Assembly: GCA_039096225.1 (NCBI GenBank)
Contig: JBBPEB010000021.1
Coordinates: 930,001-994,000 of the forward strand
Source: Blastocystis sp. Blastoise
Lineage: Eukaryota > Protista > Bigyra: Opalinata
Length of the DNA: 64,000 nucleotides
Direction: 5' to 3'
Shown: positions 1 through 22,261 of the stretch, in pieces
Position numbering within the stretch: the stretch's first letter is position 1
How the letters are laid out: each line of letters starts with the position of its first letter
Position numbers and translations under genes: made by a program
Notes under the pieces: generated by a model
Seen by the model: only the letters and a program-made list of their open reading frames with translations
What the model was told of the DNA's origin: nothing
Databases searched by the model: none

Positions 1-116
1 TAATGGTGGATCAGGAAGAGAAGAAGAAGGAGAAGAAAATGGATTAATTAAAGAAGGTGTTCCTTGAGAATAAGGATCTAAATATGATGGAGATATAGGA
101 GGAAGAAGAGATGGTA

Positions 117-157
<41 letters not shown>

Positions 158-182
158 GTATTATTAGTATTATTATTATGTA

Positions 183-230
<48 letters not shown>

Positions 231-1045
231 CTGAGATATTATTATTATCTGAGATATTATTATTATTATTATTATTATCTGAGATATTATTATTATTATT
301 ATTAGATTTAGGAGGGAGAGGTGAAGAAGGAGTGAATGTTATTTGTGATGCTTCATTAATAGAATATAATGGATCATTCGACAGTGCACCTGGTTTACTT
401 AAATAGGATATGATTCGTTCAACTCCATCTAAAGTACCACATACAAAAGATAAGGGAGAAACGAAAGAAGGACGAACTAAGCATGCATCTCTATACAAAT
501 AGATATATTATATATAATAAACAATAGTATATATAAAAAAAAACTATATTTATAAAAAAACCCTATAAAAACAAGATATATACAATTTACTAACGGATAG
601 AATAAGATTAAGAGCTTTTTCAAATTCCATTCTATCGAAATCTTCACTGAGGATTTGAAATCGATAATCTTGAGAGTAAGTTGTAATTAATTGTTGACTA
701 TATTTTGGCCATTCATCAATTAAAGATGTACAAGAAGGACTAAAATATACTTTAATACGGTTATCATTACATTCCATGGAAAGTATTTCAAAACCATAAG
801 TAGCAAAGAAATCTTTTACAGATATTGACTTACAATAATATAAATAGTTAGCAATGCCTGTAATACTATCTTCTATAGTGAAAGAAATGGGTTTCGTGTT
901 TCCTTCATATTGTTCTACAGGGATTGTGTCCTGATGTTCACTAAATTGCATTTTTCTAGACCGATATTCTTCTTGCAAAAACCTCTTTTCTCTATATAGT
1001 TGACACAATTATATTAAAGAAAAGATACGGAGAAACACTTGTCAT
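1..1045 (-). CDS. hypothetical protein with poly-Asn and Pro/Ser-rich region, spliced, 3' end beyond window start
   Basis: ATG at 1045 (MTSVSP), a 37-nt intron at 992-1028 joining in frame to ORF 550..1008 (EKRFLQEEYRSRK...), a further intron near 493-582, then an exon running into poly-N and SSLPPISPSYLDPY. No family recognised. Confidence 0.6.
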
Positions 1046-1646
1046 ATATAAAAAATAACTTTTAAAAAGGAAAAAACCTTGAATACAACCATTTTTTCTT
1101 TTTCTATATTTATCAATTCCATTTAATCATAATATCTAGAAATTATGCATTTAAGCTCATTTAAATATGTTTCTCTAGTAGTTAAACTGAGTTTAAAATC
1201 AAAAGACGTATGTCAATCGTTGTTCACTCCAATCTATCTTTTATATTTGTTTTATAAATATTCTAAAGAGAGTCTATAGTATATTTATATATGGATAGAA
1301 ATATGAAAATGAAGATATCTGTGATAATGATCAATCTTTTTTCTTTTTGATGTTTCCGTTTATAGTTAATAAATATGAGAATGTAATTATTGTTGCTAGG
1401 ATATCTGATCATTAAAATGTATAATACAGATAGATTTATGTTTTTATTGTTTTTAATAATAAAAGATGTCCTGACGAAATCATATTCTTGAATATACATA
1501 GTCTATAAATCTAATAAATATATAGAAAAACAATTGTTTATAAAATATATACGAATAGGAATGAGAATATTTGTTATGTATGAAAAATTTATACGTACAA
1601 ACAAAACTCTACAGTTTTAAAACAATTAGTGAAACAATAAAACAAA

Positions 1647-1654
1647 AACAAACA
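1647..1654 (-). terminator. TGTTTGTT 3'-end/polyadenylation-associated motif (Blastocystis-type) downstream of the MFS gene
   Basis: AACAAACA on + is TGTTTGTT on -, about 180 nt after the MFS stop codon. This motif is known from Blastocystis mRNA 3' ends. Confidence 0.45.
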
Positions 1655-1832
1655 CAACTGACAATATATATATATATATAACATTCAAAATGGAAACACT
1701 GAATAATCATTATTATAAATATATGATATGCTTTATAGAAAGAATCAAGAATAAATTACTTTTATAATAAATTATTATGAAGATATTGAAAAAATGAAGA
1801 AACTATTATTATTAATATTATATATTATATTA

Positions 1833-3371
1833 TTATTTATTATCATTATTATTTTCTACATAAATTTCTGGAATTTCAGAAGATGTATTTACAATAGTTG
1901 AAGACTCATTATTCTTCATAATATTGTTATTATTATTTATATAATTATCATTTGTTTCTTTCATCTTCGTTTCTTCTTTTTCTTTTCCTTCTTCTAGTAT
2001 TATTTCTCCTTCTTTTTGTTTTTGTTGATTTTCATTTTTTATTTGATTTTCATTTTTTATTTGATTTTCATTTTTTATTTGATTTTCATTTTTTATTTGA
2101 TTTTCATTTTTTATTTGATTTTCATTTGTGACTCCAGTTAACTCTATATCTTTATTCTTTTCTTTTGCTTCTTTTTCCATACGAGTTCTCTTTGTTAATA
2201 TACAATGTAACCAAAGGATACCACAAATACCTAATAAACAAAAAGGCATGACTAATTTAAATCCAAGAGAAGGATCATAAGTATTAATAAACCCAATACA
2301 TATATTAAAGATTTCTTTAAATAATCCTTGTAGCGTTAATACTAAACTTGTTGCTAAAGGAGCATTTATTTGCCAGAATTCCATAATACAACAAATAATT
2401 AATGGCCATAAAGGTCCAATAAAGAAACCAGTACAAGCTAATACATATATACCAGATTCACCAATACTAAAACCAATTACATAAGTAATAAAACAAAGAC
2501 TTAAGAAAATAAACAAAGAATTCCAATAACCAATTTTTTCATAAAAGAAAGCAAATACACCTCTAGAAACACCATAACCAATAGTATAAACGGTCATGAA
2601 GTTCGTACCTTGAGTTGTAGGATCCCAACCAAAAGTATCTTGTAAATAAAGAAGACCCCAATCTAATGTACAATAAGAAAGAAGCATAATAAAACAATCA
2701 GCTAAGACCCAAAGCCATAAAGTAGGATAGCATAAAATAGCTTTCACAGAAAGAGGAGCAACCGTTGGACCTGAATCATTTTCAATTCGTTTGAAATCAT
2801 ATTTAATACAACTGACATAAATAATTGCAATCAAAATAGGAATAATCATAAACATATAGGATGATCTAAACCCATAATTAAAGAGTGGATTGATATTCTT
2901 TGCAATAATTGGGGAAAAAATCTGACCTAAACCATACATAAGATGTGTATAACTGATCATAATACCCTTGTTCTTCACAAAGATAGCAGGTGTCAATGTA
3001 TTATTAGATATATGAATATATGTCATACCAAACCACAATACAATAAGCAATATAATCACAAGAACTAGATTATAACTGAAGAAAATAGCAATAATACCTA
3101 GAAGCCATGTAATCAAACCTGTTAAATAGGTCACTTTAGTTCCCCATTTCTGAGCACAAATAGTAGCTATAAAACCAAACAAGACATAACTATATCCAAG
3201 AGAACTAATAATGTACGATAAGGAGTCGTAAGACAAACTGAATTCTTCACGTAATAAAGGAAAAACAATACTTCTGAAGTTTTCCATAATACCATTAATA
3301 ATTTGAATGATACCTGTTTGAACAACAAGAAGTATATAGGTCTTCTTGCTGATTTCTATATCATAACCCAT
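1833..3371 (-). CDS. major facilitator superfamily transporter, intronless
   Basis: 512-aa ORF with about 12 hydrophobic segments, a motif-A-like loop (GFIATICAQKWGTK), HLMYGLGQIFSP and GFFIGPLWP segments typical of FucP/MFS_1-like permeases, and a charged/Asn-rich C-terminal tail. Confidence 0.88.
   Translation of the reverse strand: MGYDIEISKKTYILLVVQTGIIQIINGIMENFRSIVFPLLREEFSLSYDSLSYIISSLGYSYVLFGFIATICAQKWGTKVTYLTGLITWLLGIIAIFFSYNLVLVIILLIVLWFGMTYIHISNNTLTPAIFVKNKGIMISYTHLMYGLGQIFSPIIAKNINPLFNYGFRSSYMFMIIPILIAIIYVSCIKYDFKRIENDSGPTVAPLSVKAILCYPTLWLWVLADCFIMLLSYCTLDWGLLYLQDTFGWDPTTQGTNFMTVYTIGYGVSRGVFAFFYEKIGYWNSLFIFLSLCFITYVIGFSIGESGIYVLACTGFFIGPLWPLIICCIMEFWQINAPLATSLVLTLQGLFKEIFNICIGFINTYDPSLGFKLVMPFCLLGICGILWLHCILTKRTRMEKEAKEKNKDIELTGVTNENQIKNENQIKNENQIKNENQIKNENQIKNENQQKQKEGEIILEEGKEKEETKMKETNDNYINNNNNIMKNNESSTIVNTSSEIPEIYVENNNDNK
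2026..2127 (-). repeat. 18-bp coding tandem repeat (NENQIK, about 5.5 copies) in the MFS tail
   Basis: ttgattttcattttttat repeated on +; translation NENQIK repeated. Confidence 0.9.
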
Positions 3372-3782
3372 TTTACTGAATCAAATATATTAAATAAGAT
3401 ATCAATAAAAAAAAATCTAGGGAGTCTCCACAAAAAAAAAGATGTTTCTATTAATCAAAAATGTTTCGTCATATAAAAAGGGATGGTTATAAATTGGAGA
3501 CTTTTTCATTAGACTTTTCAATTCTTTGAGAGAATTCATTTACCAGTGAAACGAATGTGTTCTTTGAAATGAATTTCAAGAACAAATTGATGTTTTCCAC
3601 TGTAAATACTATTATTTCCATGAGAAATTCGATTCTCCTTGTCAATATATAAAAAAAAATAACGAAAAACTGAATAATTTTAAGTACTCATATGGTATTG
3701 TCTTAAAAATAGAATCCTTTTGTGTTTATCAATTTATTTTGTAACATATTATCAGCATTTTTACTTTAAATCCATATAAATA

Positions 3783-4545
3783 ATGTCTATGAAAGTGACT
3801 ATCTTTGGTGCATCCAGTTGTTCAGAAGAAGAGTATAATAACGCTGTTTCATTAGGGTCAAAACTCGCTGCTGAAGGATACACAATTGTATATAATTATT
3901 TTATGTATTCCAGTCATCACTTTGTTTTTTTTTCTTTGACTCTCTTCTCATCTAGGTAAATGGAGGTTACTGTGGTACAATGGAAGCAACTGCAAAAGGT
4001 GCTAAAGAGAATGGAGGCAATGCCATCGGTATAATTGTTCCAACAGTCTTAATTCATCGTGATCCTGAAGGTAATCAATATTTGACATCTAATATAAAAG
4101 AAAAAACATTGAATGATCGTATTAATAAACTTATTGAAATTGGAGATGCCTATATTATTTTACCTGGATCCTTAGGAACATTGAATGAATTTTTATATGT
4201 AATGACCACAATCTACATATCATCAGACTCTAATACTCAGAAAAAACCTGTTATAGCCTTTAGTAAACCATGGAAAGATATTTGGAATACATCTGCTAAA
4301 GAATTAAATGTATATCAAAATAGTAATTTTTTTTATATTATATATATAGATTCCTGAATCTGTTTCAAAGAATATCATTTTTGTAGACACAGTAAGATCT
4401 CTTATCTTCTCTTAATATATATATTTAATTCTAAATATTTATTCATTATTGTTTTTCCTTCATTGCTTTATTCAACATAAAATACTAAAATTACTACTTA
4501 TAGGTCGATGATGCTGTTCTCGCCTTGAAGAACAATAAAATGTAA
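3783..4545 (+). CDS. LOG/SLOG family protein (nucleotide 5'-monophosphate nucleosidase-like), 3 introns
   Basis: Spliced translation MSMKVTIFGASS...LGSKLAAEGYTI|VNGGYCGTMEATAKGAKENGGNAIGI...NDRINKL...AYIILPGSLGTLNEF matches the LOG motifs GGxxGxM and PGGxGTxxE. Stop TAA at 4543-4545. Confidence 0.85.
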
Positions 4546-5028
4546 TAAAAAGCATATATTTAACTATACATTCAGTCAATGAATGTATTATTTCTTTTTG
4601 ATTTCGCAATAATTATATCGTATTAGATACCAGATATTCATTGTTTCGTTGGATGACGATTCTTATTATTAAATACATATTCCTTTTCTTATGACAATCT
4701 CATTATTTTCATCTAAAAGCTTCGTTATGACTAGTCAATGAATACCACTAAGCTCTAAATAGTAAATAGAGCACATTAATGAGTCATACATTAATAAAAT
4801 AGCATTAAAAACTTTACAAAACTTGTTCTTCCTTTTTTTTGTGTGACAAAACAAACCCACGGGAATGGTCGTTTAATAAGAGAATATTTAGAAAAATGTA
4901 TTAACAAAAATACCTAAAAGAAAAGTATAGAAGATACTTGTTTATACAAAGAAATACTTCTTTATTTTATCATTTTCTTATTGCCTACATTACTTTAATC
5001 TAGAAAATAAGAGTAGTAAATCAAAAGG

Positions 5029-8706
<3,678 letters not shown>

Positions 8707-10044
8707 ATAAAGAGAAACTGTCTTTTTTTTTGATATATATGTTAATTAGGAAGTTTTCTAGACTATTTTTTCTATTTCTTTTTAATAATATATAAAATAA
8801 CATCAATTTTTTTTAATTGCTCGTATTTATATGTTTTTTCGTACATATTATTTGTATATATTATTATATACATTAAAAATTATATATTTTATTTATTTAT
8901 AATTGATACTGTTTGTGATTACTGGTGTATTTTATATTATTTAGCTATATTAGATTCTTTTTATTATTCTTTTTTATTCATATTTTTTATGTATATATCA
9001 TAGCTATTCATTTCTAGTACTACGAAAGCTATATTATTTGCTATTTATAATATTATATAATTTGTTTCATAGAATTTTTATGTTTTTATTACTGTCCAGT
9101 ATAGTAATCAAGTCTATTCCTTTTTCAACTCTTAGTTTGTTTCTTTATATAGATATACATATACATATATAAATCTTTAGACTGACTACAACTTTATCTA
9201 TGCATATTGAATGATAATATATACCTATAAACACATAAGATCTTGAAAAATGATATATTTTAAAATGATCTGTTTTTAAGGGATTAAGTATAAACTAGAA
9301 TCAAATATATATTTTATGAAGATTTTAGATTTCAGGACAGAACACAATAAATTCTACAACCCAATTATAAACTTGATACAGTTTCACTAAATTCTTTTGA
9401 AGATAACAAGCTCACTTATTTAATAAAAGCTAAAAATAAATAAACTGATAATGAATGATTTAAATATAATTTATCATATTGTTCATATCATGAATACTTT
9501 ATATATATTGTGAGAATATGCCACACACAACTAATATTTGAAGAATATATATTTTAGAATTCAGCTTTAGTGTTTCTAGTATAATCTCCAATTCATATAT
9601 ATGTTGACTAATGCATAAAAAAAAGAAAATGACCCATAAAGATATCCATTAAAAACTCTTCTCAGGTTATTTATTTTTCTTCTCTTTAGACCTGACTTCT
9701 CTGACATCATCGAACATATAATAATTCATTTAATTATATCAAAATACATAAAAACTATTTCAAATATGAAATCTTAATAATATTGAATAAACCAAGATTA
9801 TTCATATAATTTGATAAAACCAAAAAGCATCTTCATTTAATTGGCTGAATAGTAGTTCATCCAATAAATAAGAAAACGGATTTTTTTTTATATACCAAAT
9901 CTTCAATACTGAAAACGACTCCATTCATGGGAAACGAGCTCTCGATAAGTCTGGTTTACAAATAGCCAAAAGAAAAAACAGTTAAGGTTTTGTTATTTTT
10001 ATTTGACAATATCTAGGCTTTACTGAAGATATATTTAGCCACAA

Positions 10045-12272
<2,228 letters not shown>

Positions 12273-13295
12273 AATCATATACTGTAGAATATATCTATAT
12301 ATCTTCTTCTAACTATATCTTTTATTATATTTATAATGAGTAAAGGTATTTGTTTACATATATATATGTATGAGAATTCTGAATATTATACCTTTCCTTT
12401 TCTATTTTCTATTTTCTTTTTTTACTATTTATATATTTGTATCACCTAGTATCCTTTTTATTTCATACTTCGTTTTCTAACTTAATTATTTCTTCTTCTA
12501 TAATTAGTTGTAATCTATAAACATTATTCACTCTAATGTATATATAATCTCGTGATTTGTTTTCATTATTCATTACTACTATCTATTTTGATATAGTATA
12601 CATTCAAATGAATTTAAAAGGTTATTTTTTTTTTTATAAATGAATCAGTATTTTAATTAACAAACATTTGACGATTATTATTTTTTAATTATTAGAACAT
12701 TGACTATACTGTGCATTGATTATTTTTTTTTTATAAATATAGTCTAGGAAGAGATCTAAGAATAAATTGAGTTTAAAACTATGTAATATTATTCATATAT
12801 ATATTTTACTGATATTGTTATCACTTGCTTCAAAATATAAAATTGAAAAAAAACATTATAAAATATAATTAAGTCACATAGACGACACAATTATCTTTTA
12901 AATAGTAAAATAAATAGCATGACGTCATCAACACATTCTCTAGATCATAAATATAATTTTATTTACAATAAAAAAAATGAAAAAATATGAACTTATTAAA
13001 AAAAGTCAAAAAAATACTTTTTAAACACCACTTCTGTTATCTTTATAAATTTCTTATTTTTTTAAAACGAAATTTATTAAAAAAATAAAGAAATCCAGGG
13101 GGTAAATATTGTTTTATCTAATAGACGTTTATATATAAATCTTGATTTAACCCCCACCCCCTTTTCAATATCTCGATTCTTCTTGAATTCTTCATTTATG
13201 TTTCTTTTATTAATTATTTGTTTTTAATGAATAGACTTCTGTATGTAATGTAAGTGGATTGCTATTTTTATTATATTATGTTATGAATTTATGAT

Positions 13296-13370
13296 ATGGA
13301 ATGATGGCGATGGCAACGGGCGGACCGAGAGATGCATATGTGGATACAAAGTGTTGCCTACTGACCTCAT
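13296..13370 (+). ncRNA. SNORD43: box C/D snoRNA, U43/SNORD43/snR70-like
   Basis: C-like box ATGATG at 13301, guide ACGGGCGG-A-CCGA (D') complementary to the universal SSU rRNA CCGCCCGT, D box CTGA at 13361-13364, and an internal GGCAAC/GTTGCC stem. Confidence 0.75.
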
Positions 13371-13470
13371 ATCATTTATTCCAATATTTTTCTTTATTAA
13401 TTTATTAGATATATATCATTTGTACGCTAAGTACTTAAATTCATGAAATGAATTATATAAATATTATATA

Positions 13471-13586
13471 ATAACCGAGATGAAAAAACCGGTTCACCCA
13501 AACCATTCGCAGGCCCACCCTAGAATACTCCTCTGCCAAGAGAAATGTATTGATGCGGGTTCTTCCTTGGATGTCTGAGTTGTTAT
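13471..13586 (+). ncRNA. U14: U14 snoRNA, copy 1
   Basis: Domain A CCATTCGCAG (antisense to 18S CTGCGAATGG), domain B TTCCTTGGATGT (antisense to 18S ACATCCAAGGAA) followed by D box CTGA at 13575-13578, a degenerate C box GAGATGA, and an ATAAC/GTTAT terminal stem. Confidence 0.88.
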
Positions 13587-13643
13587 ATATATTTATTTCT
13601 TTATTTATGAATGATTATACTCCGTATATCGTTAAATTATTTT

Positions 13644-13764
13644 ATTTATTGCGTTGATGAAAAAACCGGTTCACCCAAACCATTCGCAGGCCCACCCTAG
13701 AATACTCCTCTGCCAAGAGAAACGTATTGATGCGGGTTCTTCCTTGGATGTCTGAGCAATAAAT
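13644..13764 (+). ncRNA. U14: U14 snoRNA, copy 2
   Basis: Near-identical to copy 1. C box TTGATGA at 13654-13660, D box CTGA at 13752-13755, and a perfect 9-bp terminal stem ATTTATTGC/GCAATAAAT. Confidence 0.9.
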
Positions 13765-13934
13765 ACTATTTTAAAATTTTTGTATTAAAGCATTAATAAC
13801 ATTAAAAAATTGTTTTGTTTTATTTTTTTGATAATTATAAAGTCAACAAAACAGCATATTAATTATAGAAGACTAGAATAAAAGTTAAAAGCTATGAATG
13901 AATGTTAAAGAGTATAAAATAATGAAACTACAAT

Positions 13935-18117
<4,183 letters not shown>

Positions 18118-18491
18118 TCTTATTTATTTCTTTATATGAATATCTTCGAATTAATAGGAAATTAACGAAAAAAACAGTAAAGATATTTCTTATTAAAAAC
18201 AAGTGTATTTTTCATAATTATGGGAAATTTGTTTCTCCTTGTGTTTTTCTATAAATTCCCTTAGGAATAATTGTGTTTATCAAAAGTAATTCAATTTTCA
18301 TTTCAAGATTTGTTCAAATAAAAAGGTATTAAGATAAATATGTTTCTGCTAAAATAGTTTTGATGATGAAAGTAATATGTAGAGAATAAAGTAACCAAAA
18401 AATAAAATAAAAGACTCACTAATTTGCTACTACTTAAACTAAAATTATTATAAAATTAATAAAAATATTGAAAATGTGGACTATATGACTT

Positions 18492-20267
18492 TTAAAAACT
18501 TAATCCAACAGCTTCTTTTATAGATTTCATATTACGAGAAGCAATTTCATGGATTCTACTTTGTTCTTTCATCATAAGTTGTCTTATAGATTCAGGATCT
18601 TTCATCATAAGCTCATAGTTTTCTCGAATAGGTTTAAGACATTCAATTAACGCCTCACTGAGAACTGGCTTCAATTGTGACATCGTTTTGCCCTATATAA
18701 AGTAGAGATCAATTTATAATTCATTTAAATGATACTAAATTATGAAAACACATACGTTCCATTCTTCATAAACTTGATCTATTGATTTATTTGTGGCAGA
18801 TGATAGAATTGTCAACAAATTTCGTACTTCGAGACGATTCTCATCATTTCTAAAAATAAAAGAGATATAAAATAAAGATGTATATATAAAGAATCAAAGT
18901 AGAAAGTTAAGATGAGATTAATATATACGTAATATAAGGAAGACTATCTGATTTCGCTTTTTTTATTGTTTTTTGAATATGATCTGGTGTGTCTATATAT
19001 AAAGAATATTTAATGAAACTCCTCTATATATATATATATGTATATGTATATATACCAGTAATAAGAATACGACTATATTCAGAAGGAGCAGACTTGCTCA
19101 TTTTCTCAGATCCGTTAATTAAACTCATAATACGTTTTTCATTCTCTATTTATATTGTTATTATTATATATATATATATATTATGATTATTATATTATAT
19201 ATGTATATTATTGTTATTATTATATTATATATATATATTATGATTATGATTATTATATACTTTCAGGTAATACATATATAGGAAGTGGAATAGATGTTTG
19301 ATACTGTTTATTGAATAAGAGAACTAAATCTCTGCATAATTCAACGTGTTGAATCTGATCCTCACCTACTGGAACATCTATATATATATAAGCAATTCTA
19401 TATTATGAGTTATATGTTAGTGAAGAATTAATAATAATAAATATAATAATAATAAAAAAGTAATTATAAAAATAATAATAATAAATATAATAATAATAAT
19501 AATAATAAATATATAATAAAAATAACATAATAAATCTTATAATACAAAGAATAAGAATAATATAAGAATATGATTATACGTGTGGTATTATATAGCATGA
19601 TATCTGCTGCCATAAGGACGGGATAGGCTAATAATCCCAAGTGAATGTCATCTTTTTGAAGAGACTTCGATTTATCTTTATATTGAGTCATTCTACTCAA
19701 TTTACCTAATAATAATAATAAATATATTATATTATATATACCTAATTTAGAAAGATTTGATAAAATCCACATCAATTCACAATGTTCTGGTATCTAAAGT
19801 ATATATAAATAACTCTTATATATATATATTAGTTCGTATAGAAAACAAAGATTATGTATACATCCGACTGAATGAACAGAATACTATTATCTGTTGGCTT
19901 TAATCCTGAAGCTAACAATGAACAATATCCTTTTCTATATAGAATATTCATGATTCGAAATATATTAATCTATCAAATACAATATATTCTCATGCAATAT
20001 TTTTGGATTATTTTGCGTTGTTAAAGCATGATAACTCATAATGCCAAAGTAAACTTGATCTTCAGCTAAAAGCATATATAGAATACTATTGATCATATAT
20101 CATTATTTACGAAGTGCATCCTGTTGCATCTGAACCCAATTCTTGATAGCACCAAAATAATTACCTATGTGAGGAATGCCACTTGGTTGAATCCCTGAAA
20201 AGATAATTTTAGACTTAGAAGAGACTGCACTGAAACATCTGTTGAATGAATAAAGGGATCGAAACAT
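18492..20267 (-). CDS. WARS2: tryptophan--tRNA ligase, bacterial/organellar type with N-terminal presequence
   Basis: [23 protein letters not shown] (HIGH-like motif), [45 protein letters not shown] and EKMSKS. The N-terminus [18 protein letters not shown] resembles a mitochondrial targeting peptide. Confidence 0.93.
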
Positions 20268-20396
20268 CTTCAAAAAAAGAAAAAAAATATTTTTGTATAA
20301 GTTTTCTAAGAAATTCTAATTAATTAAGTATGATATGATTATATAATTTATCTGAATGATATGTATAGTTGTGCTAGTATTTATCTGTTAATAAAA

Positions 20397-21935
20397 ATGG
20401 CTGTTGACGAGTATATAATCATTACTTTTTACATAATTGATTTATAGGAGACATATAATGCTTCTTGTGTTCGTCTTATCTTTCCTAGTTGCTGTTGTAG
20501 TCATTATAAAGACTGTTATTTCATCAGGTTCATTGGTATTTATTTTTTCTTTTGAAAATTAGTTATTTCTATATAGAAAGGTGCTCATGACGATGATGCA
20601 GAAGAAGAGGATTTGAACGATGATGATGATCAGTGTATTTATTATTGTCAATTCTGATTTTTTTACTTTTTATTTTTATTTAGTTAATGAAGAACAAATA
20701 AAAGATTTATTAAAGTATATATTTTTATAAGTATATATAATAAATGTATTCAATATCTAGGGAAAATCAATCTGGAGATAGAGCAAAAGAATTAAAGAAA
20801 ATGTTAAAGAAAGCAATGAAACGAAAAGAGAAATCTGAACGAAAAGCTGTAATTATATATTGTGTTTCTGATTATATTTTATATTTATTTTTATTGATTG
20901 ATAAATAATATATATAGGCTATAGATGCAGAGATAGAGAATCGTAAGAGAAAACAAGAGTATCAGGAAGAGATTGATCGAAGAAAAGAAGAAGAGAGACT
21001 AGAGAAGATTCGAGAAGAAGTATATATATGTGTTTATTATGTTTATATATTTATTATGTTTATATATTTATTATATTTATTAGTATTATGTTTATTATAT
21101 TTATTATGTTTATATATTTATTATGTTTATATATTTATTATATTTATTATGTTTATTATGTTTATTATTATTATATTTATTATATTTATTATATTTATTA
21201 TGTTTATTATGTTTATTATGTTTATTATTATTATATTTATTGTGAATAGACTATATATTGATTATAATTAATATAATTATAGTTTTCATAATGAATACTA
21301 CTATTTTGAATACAATATATATTAATAAACTTTATTCTATATATATATATAAAGGAGGCTAAGTTGCAGACAGCTGAAGAGCGTAAGAGATATGAAGATG
21401 AATATATATATAAGAAATGGAAGAAAAGTATTGTTTTATTAGAATCAGGAACAGTCGGAGTATCTTTAAAAGAAGATGAAGTAATCAATAATATATATCA
21501 ATACTTGATAGAGAAGAAAACTATTTATATATCGGAATTACAGAAAACATATAGACAAACAAAAGATGTATATATTATATATTATATATTATATATTAAA
21601 TATTTATTTATTATTTGTTTAGGAAATTATTACTCTATTGAAAAAAATAAGAGATAAATACAAATTATGTGTATATATAATATATATATATATTTCTTAT
21701 TAAATACTATATATATATGTAGATTCTTATTGATTCTCAGAATTGCGTTCATTATATTACTAATGAAGAAAAAGAACAAGTATATATATACTTATTATTC
21801 GTATTATATATATTATGTATAAATATATATATTATTCATGTATAGATTATAAAGAAGATACGTGAAGAAGGTATAATGTCTATATATGCACTTAATGATT
21901 CTATTACTACGCTTCTATCTCCTCTTCATCTTTAA
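20397..21935 (+). CDS. DDRGK1: DDRGK1/UFBP1-like protein (divergent)
   Basis: N-terminal TM segment (LLVFVLSFLVAVVVII), an E/K/R-rich coil, then YKKWKKSIVLLESG...IYQYLIEKKTIYISEL...ILIDSQNCVHYITNEEKEQIIKKIREEGIMSI, aligning by eye with the DDRGK winged-helix domain. Confidence 0.72.
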
Positions 21936-22261
21936 ATATATATATATATTTTATTTATTTGTATATAAACATTATATTTTAATATATATGAACAATAGTC
22001 TTTTGTTAATACTTTTTTGTATATATAATTAAAACAGTTGTAATTATCATGAAGATCTATATATAAACACATATGAACAAAATATAAATGAATTAGTATA
22101 TAGATTAAGTGGTATAATTTTTGTGAAAATTTCATATATATATTATATCACTGTATTCTATAAACTTATTTTATAAATTAACAAAATTTTTTATGTATTT
22201 ACTAAATAATAGGGATAAAAGAATGAAAAAAAAAACAAAACTATAAAAACATAGAATTCTA

